From: Selaginella moellendorffii | Taxonomy: Eukaryota > Plantae > Lycopodiophyta | Direction: 5' to 3' | Length of the DNA: 64,000 nucleotides | Assembly (NCBI RefSeq): GCF_000143415.4 | Contig: NW_003314401.1 | Coordinates: forward strand, 1 to 64,000 | Shown here: positions 1 to 11,459 of the stretch, one piece after another | Numbering within the stretch: position 1 is the first letter of the stretch | How the letters are laid out: the number at the start of each line of letters is the position of its first letter | Notes under the pieces: model-generated | What the model was told of the DNA's origin: nothing | The model's input: only the letters and a program-made list of their open reading frames with translations | Database searches by the model: none | Position numbers and translations under genes: made by a program

Positions 1-299
1 AAAAACAAAACAAAAACCGGGCAGACGGCAGGCCAGCCTTTCAAGTACGTTTTAGTCTTTTAAGACAAGTAAAGCTCAAAAATAAGTTTATTACAACTTT
101 TTCCAAAGCATTGCGTTTTTGGGACTAATCCAAGTTGAGGTTTAAAAACGATGTCATGCAGTCAAGTATGGATTTGCAATACTCTTGATTGTGTTTCGAT
201 CATATATACAGAATTCCCAAATGGTCTATAATGATTGTCACCATGTACATATTTATTCAGTTATTATATTAATAATATTTTTTAATTCTTGATAGTGAT

Positions 300-900
300 A
301 ACTATTTATGAGATGAAAGGAGAAGATATGCTAGCTCAAATCTGTTTTGGACACTACTAAACAAAATATATCAAGTTAGAATAGAATCTTTAACACCACA
401 AATGTTTTATAATTTCATGAGTGATGAAGCACAAATAAATTGGCAAGTTATTAGAACTATTTATAATAGTGGTATAGATAAGGTTTTAGTTAGACAAGAG
501 AGTTCCATTGGAAGTAGAGTTTATATGAACACACAGCAAAATGCACTTGAGTTGAATATTGTGATAAGCATAAGTAGTTATGTTGGAGATTAAAAGTTGT
601 AAACATTTTAGAAAATGCAAAAAAATAGTACAAGTTAATACATTTATGGTGGGCTGGAGATAATGTTTATTACAAAGCAATTCTAAGACTACAAACTTGG
701 TTAACATGGTAGTTTACTTGTTTTCTTCATTGGGGGACTTTAGTTATTTATCATGGTATCAATATTAATATTGATCTCTTACATGTGGCTAGCAAAAATA
801 AATAACTATAAATATGTACCTCTATTTAAAACTTGTTGGAATGACATTTCTATCCTACAATAAGCCTTTATACATGCTTATATAAAAGGCCAAGTTATAA
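300..900 (+). mobile_element. Decayed Mutator/MULE-like transposase fragment
   Basis: Translates to FMSDEAQINWQVIRTIYNSG, then after a frameshift FHWK*SLYEHT. This resembles the MULE DDE core segment (second Asp, then the CxxH/FHW motif). Many stops, very AT-rich, boundaries approximate. Confidence 0.4.
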
Positions 901-1338
901 AAAATGGACTGAATCTTAAGGATTTAGTGGCACACTTATTTGTTACAACATTAATATGACTTCCTAGTCATACACTTACACAAGTGATAGAATTAACTTT
1001 ATATGATCTTGGAATTCGATTTGCAAAAAAACCAACTGGGAACCTTGAAATTGTCAAAAGGAAGAGACAAACAAATAAGCTGATACAATCGATAGATTTT
1101 ACACCATCTTGAGTACAAATATGTTACTAAAAAATAAGGAAAACCAGTGCTTTCAAGTAATCAAGAGTTGAAGTGCTTCCAAGTCAAAGAATAAAATATT
1201 CATAAAATTGAGTGGGCTATATATCAATCTAGAATAAGATCTATAATTAAGTGTCTTGCTTAGATTGAAGGAAAATTATATGGTAAATAGATTATTATAG
1301 AAACTTTATGCACTCCAACACTTTGTTTTAGGGATAAC

Positions 1339-1725
1339 TGTCAAGACCCCCAACAAGATCAAGACTGGAAAATGCTAAAGACAAAGAGAAAAAGCTAGTG
1401 AAAACAAAGAAGAGGCCTTAGACTGGTGTTGATTCAGATTGTGGAGAAATGGAACAAGGCTAACCTATATATACTATAGGTTGATGAAGCTCCACCACTC
1501 TTGGATCGAGGACAGCCTAAATACAGCTGAGGTCGAGGAGGCGCCACATCATCATCAGGAATGTGGCTCGAGACTCAGGAATCGGGAAGTGTCTCGAGAG
1601 TCAGGAATAGGGAAGTGTCTCGAGAGTCAGGAATAGAGAAGTGTCTCGAGAGTCAGGAATGTGGTCTGCAGGTTAGGAATCCGACGAGAGTCAGGAATGT
1701 GGCAAGAATTGGGGGATTCCTGACA
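1339..1725 (-). repeat. 3' LTR
   Basis: tgtcaagacc...attcctgaca. Near-identical to 6552-6938. Contains ~26-bp tandem units (tcgagagtcaggaatagggaagtgtc). Confidence 0.97.
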
Positions 1726-1740
1726 GCACCCCCTCCTCAA
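1726..1740 (-). promoter_or_regulatory. Polypurine tract
   Basis: Minus strand TTGAGGAGGGGGTGC immediately before the 3' LTR. Confidence 0.85.
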
Positions 1741-4700
1741 GAACGAGTGGAACGAGGATGTGAACGAGAACGAAGAGGAGGATGAGATGAGCGGCGAGGA
1801 ATGGGAGATGGAGAAAAAGAATGAGGACTAGGACGAGAAGGATAGCGGCGGTGGAAGTCCTGAACAAGGTCAGGAGAATGAATCAGGTTGTCCGCAGGTT
1901 CCCAAGTGCGTTCCTCAGGTCCGTAACCCTTCCAGTCCACCAGATAGTAGAGTTTAGATCGTGAAATCTTGGAATCAAGGATGTCCTGAACCTCGTACTC
2001 AGACCCATCCTCGAGCTGCACTGGTGGAGGCGGAGGAATGACCCGATTTGGAATAGGACTGGGAATATAAGGCTCAAGGAGAGAGGAGTGAAAAACGGGG
2101 TGAATTTGATATGAGGAGGGAAGTGCAAGGCGATAAGTGACAGGATTAATGATGGCAGTGATAGGGAAAGGACCAAGGCGTTTGAAATCGAGTTTTGGAC
2201 AGGGCCTGGTGGTGGAGATATTTCGCCTGAGGAGCCAGACTTTATCCCCGATATTGTAAGGGGGACAATCCTGACGATGGACATTGGCAAATGTTTTATG
2301 AGATTCCTGAGCACGATGGAGGTGGAAGGAGATGGAGTTGTGGATTTCCTGAAGGTTGGAGAGAAATGATTCAGAGCGGGGATTTGAACGAGAGGATTCA
2401 GATGGAGAAGGAAGTGAGAGATTGAATCGGGGATTTCGGCCAGAGTTCGCAAAGAAGGGGGAAACTCGAAGAGAGGAGTGAACAGAGTTGTTATAGGAGA
2501 ACTCAGCAAGGGGAAGGATATCAAACCAGTTATCCTGATGATAGTTGATGAAGCACCTCAAGAATTGTTCCAATGTCTGAATCGTTCGCTCGGACTACCC
2601 ATCAGTTTGAGGATGATATGCCGAAGAGAGGTTGGCCTTCACTCCAAGCAACTGCAAAAACCGTTGCCAGAAATGAGAGATGAACTGAGGCCCCCGATCT
2701 GAAACCACATCTGTAGGAATCCCATGAAGTCGGAAAATTTCCCTGAATACCAGTTTTGCCATGTCCTCGCCCGAAAACTCCTTGGTACATGGCAAGAAGT
2801 GCGCCATCTTTGTGAAGCGATCCACCACGACTAAAATGCTGTTGAAGCCTCCAGAACTCGGAAGATCACTCAAGAAATCCATGGAGATGGATTCCCAAGG
2901 ACTTGAAGGGACCGGAAGGGAACGAAGCAAACCTGAAGGAAGGTGGCGAGGTACCTTATTCCGGGCACAAGTGTCACAGGAGGTAACAAAAGCTTTGATG
3001 TAGTCGTCCATGTGAGGCCACCAAAAGTCCCGTGCAACTAGCTCATAGGTTTTCGCAATGCCGAAGTGACCAGCAGTCGGGCTATCGTGGCACGCCATCA
3101 GGATCAACCTTCGAGCATCACCTTCAGGAACGTAAAGCTGCTCCCCACGGTACAATAAGCCATCTAAGAACTCGAACTCGTCAAATCGCCAGCAGTCGGG
3201 AGTCACTAGGTGTCCAGCCTGAAGATGGGGAAAAATGTCACTAGCGAGATCATCGGATTGAAGATCGTTTCTGATTGCATCCATCAAGGAGGAGTCCTGA
3301 GGGGCCAGGGAAATTGCCATAACTTGAAGCCGATCAGGACCGAGGATAACTTGATCCTGTTGATCGAAGGCAGGATTACCAGGCCTGAGACTAAGATAGG
3401 AGCGCCTTGAAAGAGCATCAGGAAGGCCTTGAAACTTTCCAGGTCTGTACTTGATAACAAAGTCAAACCGACTCAGGAATTGTGCCCACCTTGCTTGACG
3501 ACGGCTTAAAACTCGGGAAGTGGCAAAGTACTCGAGATTTTTGTGATCCGTCCAGACTGTTGTTTGATGGCTCGCCCCCTCCAAGAAACGGCGCCACTCT
3601 CCAAAGGAATCCACGATGGCAAGAAGCTCCTTGTCGTGGATTTCGTAATTGATCTCCGCAGGCTGGAATTTCCGAGAATGGAAAGCGACCGGATGAAGTT
3701 CGTGATCCGCTCCGAGTTGAGATAGCACAGCACCAATGGCAAAGTCGGAGGCGTCAGCCTCGATGAAGAAAGGTTGTGAGGAATCAGCATGGATCAAGAC
3801 AGGAGCAGAACTGAAGGCCGCCTTGAGTGTGTCGAAAGCCTGCTGGGCAGCAGCAGACCAAGAGAAGGGAACATCCTTGCGAGTGAGATGTGTGAGAGGA
3901 AGGACAATGTCAGAGTAGTGATCAATGAATTTGCGGTAGAAGTTGGCGAAGCCAAGGAAAACCTGAACGTCTGACATTGATTGTGGAGGCTCCCATTCGA
4001 GAATAGTCTTGACTTTTGCAGGATCCATCGTGATACCCTCAGGAGTGACAATGTACCCAAGGAACTCCACAGACTGCTGATCAAAGGAACATTTCTCAAG
4101 CTTCGCGTATAGGCCGTGTTCTCGCAGCTTCGCTAGCACCTTGCGAACATGTTCGTCATGCTCCTCCTGAGTTTTTGAGTAGATGAGGATGTCATCGAGG
4201 TAGACGATCACCATCTGATCAAGAAACTCCCGAAAAACGTCGTTCGCCATGTGTTGGAAAACCGCTGGAGCATTTGTCAAGCCAAATGGCATGACAGTGT
4301 ACTCGAAGTGGCCATAGCGGGTTCGGAACGCAGTCTTCCATTCATCACTAGGCCGGATCTGGATCAGGTTGTATGCTCCACGGAGGTCGATCTTGGTGAA
4401 GAAGCGGGCACCGCCGAGGCGTTCCAACAGGTCTGAGATCAGGGGCAGTGGATAACGGTTCCGAACAGTCACCTTGTTCAAACCTCGGTAGTCGATGACT
4501 AGCCGCAAGCTCCCATCCTTCTTCTTGACAAAGAAGACAGGCGCTCCAGCCGGGGACTGCGAATGCTAAATGTAGCTCGAGGCAAGGTTCTCATCCACGT
4601 ACTCTTTGAGGGCCTTAAGCTCGGACGGGGATAACCCGTAGATAGGCCCCCACGGAGGTGACGCTCCTTCCTGTAAATCAATGGGACAATCATAAGGCCG

Positions 4701-5510
4701 ATGAACAGGCAGTACACTAGCTTTTTTCTTGTCAAACACATCCCCAAAATCATGATACTTCTCAGGAAGACTGACAGGAGAAACATGCAAAGCAAAAAGA
4801 AAAAGAGGTTCTTCATGAAGGAGTTCTTTCATAGTGATTGTGGAGATAGGAGGAGGAGTACGACTAAATGGAATGATGAGACGAGGATACTGTCCAGTGT
4901 AATATGGAAGAGAGAAAAAAGAAGAGGATGAAAACTGCGTAGAGTCAGGAACAGAACCCCGACTTGAGTTTAGGGAACTTTTCCTGATTCGGACTCGATG
5001 AACACCAGGGGAAGCCGTGGGAGATGGTGATGTGGGAGAGATGAGCTGTAAGTCCTTCCAACAAATCTGAGGCTGATGTAGTTGGAACCAAGGAAGACCG
5101 AGCACCACAGAGGAAGACTTGCTGTTGATGATGTTGAAGGCGATATCGGTGACGGTGGACCCGATGTGTACTCGAACGGGCAACGTTTCCCTAAGTCCAG
5201 AAGATGGAGACACAAAATGCCCGCCGATGCCTTCAACCCTCAGATCCCGTATGGTAGGAGAAAGAGGAACGTGATGTCGGGCAGCAAAGTCCGTGTCCAT
5301 GAAGCAGGAAGTTGCACCCGAGTCCAGTAGCGCCAAAGCCTTGAGTCCTGATTGTCCGGTGAAAGAAAGGAGACATGGGACGCGGAAGTTGCGGGAATTG
5401 GTGGTGGCTTTGATGAAAGGTGGTGAGGAGCTTGATAAGGAAGAAAAGTGATTTTTATTTGGGGAGTCCAAACAGACAGCTCATACTCTGTTTGGACAGG
5501 GTCGTTTCCC
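1737..5510 (-). pseudogene. pol: pol (aspartic protease, RT, RNase H, integrase, chromodomain) with two in-frame TAG stops
   Basis: Motifs LLDSGAT (PR), YLDDIL (RT), EADASDFAIG (RH), H-H-C-C plus DDE (INT), GPF, and EYEVQDILDSK...YLVDWKGYGPEERTWEP (chromodomain). ORFs 4566-5471, 2595-4508 and 1737-2573 are in one frame, separated by TAG at 4566-4568 and 2595-2597. Confidence 0.95.
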
Positions 5511-6454
5511 GACTGGAACAGTGGTGGACTTTGAGGCAGAGTGAACTCGAGCAATCGGGGAGGCTTCCTGGGACACACAGCTGCTTTGTGATTAGGATCA
5601 GCACAGTAGAGGCAAAGATTATGAGATATTCGACGTTGCCTCTCAGCAGGACTCAACTTCCCTCTAATGAGTCGGGGAGTACCAGAAATATCCATCGGGA
5701 CCGGAGCAGTAGGTTTAGGACTATGCCCCGAAGACTCAAGCTGGGATTCCTGAGTCTGGGACGGAAAAACAGCGGCGCGGCGACTTTCCTGACGACGTTC
5801 AAAGAGACGATTGTCACATCGAACAGCTTTGTTGATGGCGTCCAACAGGTCCTTGGGATCCTCCATGGTGAGCAACAAATCCTTGACACCGTTGTTGAGG
5901 CCGAAACGAAATTGGTCAATCAGGGCCCGCTCATCCCACTGAGTGTCCAAGGCAAGGAGTTGGAACTCTGCAGCGTAGATCGAGGCAGGACGAGACCCCT
6001 GAGAGAGACGTCTCATCTTTGTGGTAGCAGCCCGAACCCGATCCGTCTCGCCAAAACATGCTTCGAGCTTCTCTTTGAACAATTGAAGATCCATCAGCTC
6101 CGGAACCACGACCCCTTTCATGCTCTTCTCCAGAAGAGGAGAAAACCATGACAAAGCTGCACCCTCGAGCAACGTCCCAATCGCGCCGATTTGAGACTCG
6201 AGAGTGGGGTACCGCCGATGTTGAAGTGCAAAGATCAGCTCCATTTGATTCAAAAATCCACGAAGCTCCGAACGCTTGCCTGAAAATTTCGCCGGGAAAC
6301 TCACCTTCGGTTCAGGAACTTTGCTGGATCCTTGAGCCGAAAGTGAAGCAAGCTCCTGCTACATGCGAAGAAGGGTCGCCTTCAGCTCGGTATTCTCAGA
6401 CTGGATTTTTGCAAGGACTTCGGCAAAGAAATCAGGATGGCTTGGAGACTCCAT
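5240..6454 (-). pseudogene. gag: gag with CCHC zinc knuckle, one in-frame TAG
   Basis: ATG at 6454 (MESPSHPDFF...), TAG at 6359-6361, then PAKFSGKRSELRGFL, the FRFGL capsid motif and the CLYCADPNHKAAVC knuckle. Confidence 0.9.
5466..5510 (-). promoter_or_regulatory. -1 programmed ribosomal frameshift signal (gag-pol)
   Basis: G_GGA_AAC at 5510-5504 in the gag frame, 6-nt spacer, then a perfect 11-bp stem (5497-5487 pairing with 5476-5466, 10-nt loop). pol is in the -1 frame. Confidence 0.85.
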
Positions 6455-6534
6455 TGGCAAGAAGAAAGAAAAGAAAGGGGGGAAAAGACAAAGGCAATCA
6501 AATAATCAAAACAAGCTAAAAGAAAAGCAAAAAA

Positions 6535-6549
6535 CACAATCTGAATCAA
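6535..6549 (-). promoter_or_regulatory. Primer-binding site of self-priming type
   Basis: No TGG tRNA-type PBS. 15 nt perfectly complementary to LTR positions 6642-6656, which lie ~25 nt downstream of TATATATA (6679-6686). Confidence 0.75.
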
Positions 6550-6551
6550 AC

Positions 6552-6938
6552 TGTCAAGACCCCCAACAAGATCAAGACTGGAAAATGCTAAAGACAAAGA
6601 GAAAAAGCTAGTGAAAACAAAGAAGAGGCCTTAGACTGGTGTTGATTCAGATTGTGGAGAAATGGAACAAGGCTAACCTATATATACTATAGGTTGATGA
6701 AGCTCCACCACTCTTGGATCGAGGACAGCCTAAATACAGCTGAGGTCGAGGAGGCGCCATATCATCATCAGGAATGTGGCTCGAGACTCAGGAATCGGGA
6801 AGTGTCTCGAGAGTCAGGAATAGGGAAGTGTCTCGAGAGTCAGGAATAGAGAAGTGTCTCGAGAGTCAGGAATGTGGTCTGCAGGTCAGGAATCCGGCGA
6901 GAGTCAGGAATGTGGCAAGAATTGGGGGATTCCTAACA
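6552..6938 (-). repeat. 5' LTR
   Basis: Copy of 1339-1725, with a TATA-like box at 6679-6686. Confidence 0.97.
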
Positions 6939-7899
6939 ATAACGACAATATGGTGATTCCTCACAACACTATGATTAGTTTATGTGGTTCTGTTAAATAG
7001 AAGTTTTGCACACATTATCTATTACAATATAGATTATCCAAAAACTAAAACATGTACCACATACTTAGTTAGTTGAAGAAAGGGTGAGCCACAACCATAA
7101 GCCCAATATTAATATTATTCTGAAGAAGTTTCAAAAACAAGAAACAACAAACGTGTGAAGATTATAAATACTTGGTCAAAGGAAGCAAAGGCAACATATT
7201 CAAAAGCATTATAGTTGAAGGTAAGAATATCACTTTCCTCAATTTATTTTTTCTTTAACAAAAATAAAAGATGAAAATAGTGAGGATCTGAAAAGTTAAG
7301 AGTGTCAACATCAAGTAGTAATATTGTTATCATGAGTATACAGTTTTCAGTTATGGAATTGATACTGTAAACAGAGAAGTTTACAATTTCACAATCAAGA
7401 AATTCCCAAATTGCACTTGCATATACTTCTTTCAACATTAGATTTTTGATAAGTCTTTTATCCCTCGCAAATATATATATTTTATATATTATATTCTTCT
7501 TGGGATGGATTCAAATGTTAAAATTTAGATTCATTGCCTTGCAATGTCTAAATTTGAGGAGTTTATGACATTGAAAAAGAATTAGATATAGGTATTGTAT
7601 TCAAATTTAATATAAGATAAATAATTTTTTATTTATAAATTACATCTAAAATAACATATAGCATTTCTTATAATAGGTATTTTATATAATAATGAAAAGT
7701 TTAAAATAAATATACATGTATAAATACTAATTATTAAATATTAAAATAATAATTTCTTCTTTAAATGAGTTGATAAGGCAAAACATCTATTGAATAGCAA
7801 CTATTGCTACTAAGATTAGATACTGGTAGTTTACACAGATCTAAATATTATTAAAAAATTTAATTTGGTTTAAAGTACCTATTTAATAAAAATAATGCC

Positions 7900-9010
7900 A
7901 CTAAAATCTTAATAGAATGTGTGCCAAAATATTCTTAAAATATTCTTATTAACAGCAATGGCTCCTTTGGTTCCCTATTGAAATGATTCCCTACATTGGC
8001 AAATTCAGAAATACTCATATGTATGTTATTCGATAAAAGTGGATTTTATTTTCACATGTGATGTGGTATATCCTAACTTCAATGGAAAAGCCTGGTGTCA
8101 AGAAGGTATCCTGGCAGTAAACTTTATTTGAATTTTCTTATAATCCTTCTTTTATATGGATTTGCTGAAGAGTCAAAAAACTAACAACATGGACATCACT
8201 CTACTACTAGTCCCAAAAAAATAAAGAGGGTTGTCCTCAATATGATATTGAGAATATTAATGCTAAAATAGCAAGTCATCATTAAATAATATAAGATTTT
8301 TAAACCCCTCCCAAAACTTTCAAATCCACAATTTTTGAGCTTCACAAACCTTGTTAAGAAAGGGTAAATTTTGCTCCACACTTTATGAATACTAAATATA
8401 AGCTTCTTAAAACCTAAACTACTGCTAAACACTTCTTTTTTATTGTGGAGTAGTTCACCTCTACTTATTGTAATATATAGTTGATATATACAATAGGATA
8501 ATGCCAACCAAGCACACTTAGACTCTCTTGCATTAACACCCCTCTGAAACTGATATCATAAGCATCCATATGTAAAATAAAAAGTTGAGTAAAGTCAGGA
8601 TATGCTAAAATTGGAGGAATCATTAACAGATCTTTGAGATCCATAAATTCATGCTCATAGTCTTTAGACCAAATGAAAAATGATGTTAATAACTTCAGTA
8701 ACACTTACAATGATGCAGTACAATAAAAAATATAATTAATAAAACAATTGAGATATTACACTTTGCCTAAGAAACATTATACATCATGCACACATTTTGG
8801 AGTAAGGAACTTTAGAATAGCCATCAATTTATCAAGATCTTCACAAGAAATATGGTACCTAAGATAATTGTATTTTTGGACTCAAATATGCACTTCAATT
8901 TTAAACCAACTTTTCGCAATCAATCCAACACCACATTATAAATATACTCCTCTTATGTCCCTTTTGAGTGGATCAAGACATCATCAATAAAATCAGTAAT
9001 CACCTTTAGT
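7900..9010 (-). mobile_element. Old degenerate Ty3/gypsy RT-RNaseH(-integrase) remnant
   Basis: ITDFIDDVLIHSKG near 8960-9000 (YxDD region) and PPILAYPDFTQLFILHMDAYDISFRGVLMQ (RH start). Many stops, boundaries approximate. Confidence 0.7.
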
Positions 9011-9700
9011 ATATCACAAAAAACTTTTTCCATCATATGTTGGAAAATTGTTGGCAGGAAGTGGAGCTAAAGAATATGCAACCAAAAGTGGAAGAAGTAA
9101 TATTTCATAACATTGTATACATCGAAAAGCATCATTAAGGGTGGTTAGAACAAGTACATGCATAAGTTTTATAAAATTTTGACAAAATGTTAGCCATAAC
9201 ATTTTTAACTTGATCTATTCTGATATATTTAACTCTAAACAAAGCAAGAGGCTCCGAAAGCAAATGCTAAATTGCATCACTAACTAAAACAATGCAATTG
9301 TTAGAAGACATTATTACAATTGTTGCTATGTTCAAATATGCATTTGAAGACATCTCGGAAAATGCTTCAATCTACACAAGTGGCTTCACTTAAACCATTA
9401 TACCACTATAATACCATCCATTAGATATATATGTAAATATTGAGCATCATCCCAAGAATGATAAATGGTAATTACTATAAAGTGATCAAATCAATTATTC
9501 ACATTATCCCCAAAATTCCTATGGAAGAAATTTTCATATATTTCCATTTTCAGAATATTATTTTCAAATATGCTTATAATCGGACCATAAAGACTTCTAA
9601 ACACCAACCCACATGTCAAACTGATTTTAGATATTGAAACTTCAATTTGATTTTAAAGCACTTAAGAGGATTGTGCATATACAAAAGATCATGATTGCCA

Positions 9701-9702
<2 letters not shown>

Positions 9703-9738
<36 letters not shown>
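9703..9738. repeat. (TG)18 microsatellite
   Basis: Read directly. The paralogous copy at 26101-26118 is (TG)9. Confidence 0.95.
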
Positions 9739-9739
<1 letters not shown>

Positions 9740-10736
9740 ATGTGCGCACATATGCATTCAATGTCTTAATTTTTTCTTTGTTTTACACATTTCTAGGGCT
9801 ATAGGGAGCCTTTATTCAAGAATAGTAGAGGGTTGCATACCTACTGAAATAAAAATCCTGATATGAAGCAAGTTTGCAGAAGAACAATATACTAAAGTTT
9901 CCATTTCTCTTCATTTTATTGTTTTCTCACTCCAAATGGATGCACTCATTGCTGGTTCTACCATTCTTTGGGTACATTTTAGGGATTTCATCCACAATTA
10001 CAAAACACTCTAGTATTTCATACTACTTTTTACCAAGACTAGCTCAAAAGGTTAGCTACTATTAGGAATGAGTAAACTTTATGGAACAAGTGAAATTTCT
10101 GTCTATTATTAATCTTATCCCAATGGGAGAAATTTAGGTAAACTTCTTTATCTGAGGCTTATAGACTTTGCCTTGCAGCAGAGAATGGACATTAGATTCT
10201 TACCCTAGTTATAATGCTTAAGAGAAGAAACAACATGAGTGCTTGAATTTCAAATCCAAGCTCTTTTGTAAGAAGGATTCAAAATAAGTTTTCTAGAAAT
10301 ATGATGATAATAATTCAACTTAGTTTTATTCTAGTGTTACTCTTGCAAAAGAATTTTATGGGACTTTTAGTTGGTATTTAGCTTTTTGGATGATATTGTA
10401 GATAGTTGAGATGGCAGAAGTGTTTTCTCGAGCTCATTTTATCCTAATTGAAGACTACATACCAGAGTCACAAACAGGCTTTAGAGGCAAGAAGTAAGTA
10501 TGTTTAAAGTTCTTTTATTTCCTAATTAATAATTGATTTTGCAGTATAGATCAAAGTTATTTCAATGTTATTGTTCCCCAAGACAATAAAAGCAAAGGAA
10601 AAACTGGCTTTGCCTTTGAACTTTCATCAACTCTCTTCCAACATAAATCAGCCAATATTGCCATAGATCACATTAAATGCAAAGCTTAGTAAATCAATTT
10701 TTTTTAACAAGAAAATACTTTTAATATTCTTTATAG

Positions 10737-10910
10737 GCAACTTCTTTCACAAAAGTCAAAAACTTTAGCAAACATGGTTATGCAACACTTTTGCCGTGAA
10801 GGTGGTTGTATCCTTGACTTCTTTAGTGGCATAGAGGCTTCTTTATTTGTTGCTTGACACAATAGCTATAATGCTTTTGGATTAAATTGTGATCTTGGCA
10901 TTGTGCAATA
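10737..10910 (+). pseudogene. Decayed exon of a beta-class N6-adenine/N4-cytosine DNA methyltransferase-like gene (SAM-binding motifs X-I-II)
   Basis: After an AG acceptor at 10736 it reads SQKSKTLANMVMQHFCREGGCILDFFSGIEASLFVA*HNSYNAFGLNCD. This matches the N6_N4_Mtase pattern QKP..L...I......G..VLD.F.GSG....A....R...G.E.D. Confidence 0.55.
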
Positions 10911-11351
10911 ATTTAGTGTATTATTATGAAGAAAGCTCTTGATGATATACCACCCAACGTGAAGGTTGTAGCTAAGTTTATGAAGAGGCATCCAAAACAT
11001 CATAACATGCACATTAAATAAAAGTTAGCTTTCATATCAAAGCTCATTGATAATCATGCATGAGAGAAGAAGAGAGAAAAACAAAAAAGGTGAGAGAGAA
11101 GAAGAAAGAAAATTAGTTCTTCTATATGTATGGATTGTATATAGATTTGAGATATAAATTATTGTAGTTATAATAATATATCTGATATTAAATAATATAC
11201 AATATAAATTATAGTTGTAGTATAATTATAATGAGGAAATATTTTCATTATAAAAGGATATTCTTAGCATATTCAACCAGTACTCTTTAAGTGTAACAGA
11301 ATATTCTTTAGTCAACTGCGTTGACTTGACTCTCTTTTTGCCAACCCCCAG

Positions 11352-11451
11352 NNNNNNNNNNNNNNNNNNNNNNNNNNNNNNNNNNNNNNNNNNNNNNNNN
11401 NNNNNNNNNNNNNNNNNNNNNNNNNNNNNNNNNNNNNNNNNNNNNNNNNNN
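11352..11451. other. Assembly gap (100 N)
   Basis: N run. Confidence 1.
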
Positions 11452-11459
11452 CTGCTTGA

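Larger units (their letters stand above)
1339..6938 (-). mobile_element. Full-length Ty3/gypsy chromovirus LTR retrotransposon (Tf1/Tcn1-like), coding region inactivated
   Basis: Two 387-bp TG...CA LTRs with 4 mismatches. 5-bp TSD ATAAC at 1334-1338 and 6939-6943. Order gag-PR-RT-RH-INT-chromodomain on the minus strand, with PPT next to the 3' LTR. Confidence 0.97.

Noticed and set aside
2595-4568. Programmed stop-codon readthrough in pol
   Set aside because: The stops fall inside conserved RT-proximal and integrase sequence where Gln is expected or plausible, so point mutation is simpler.
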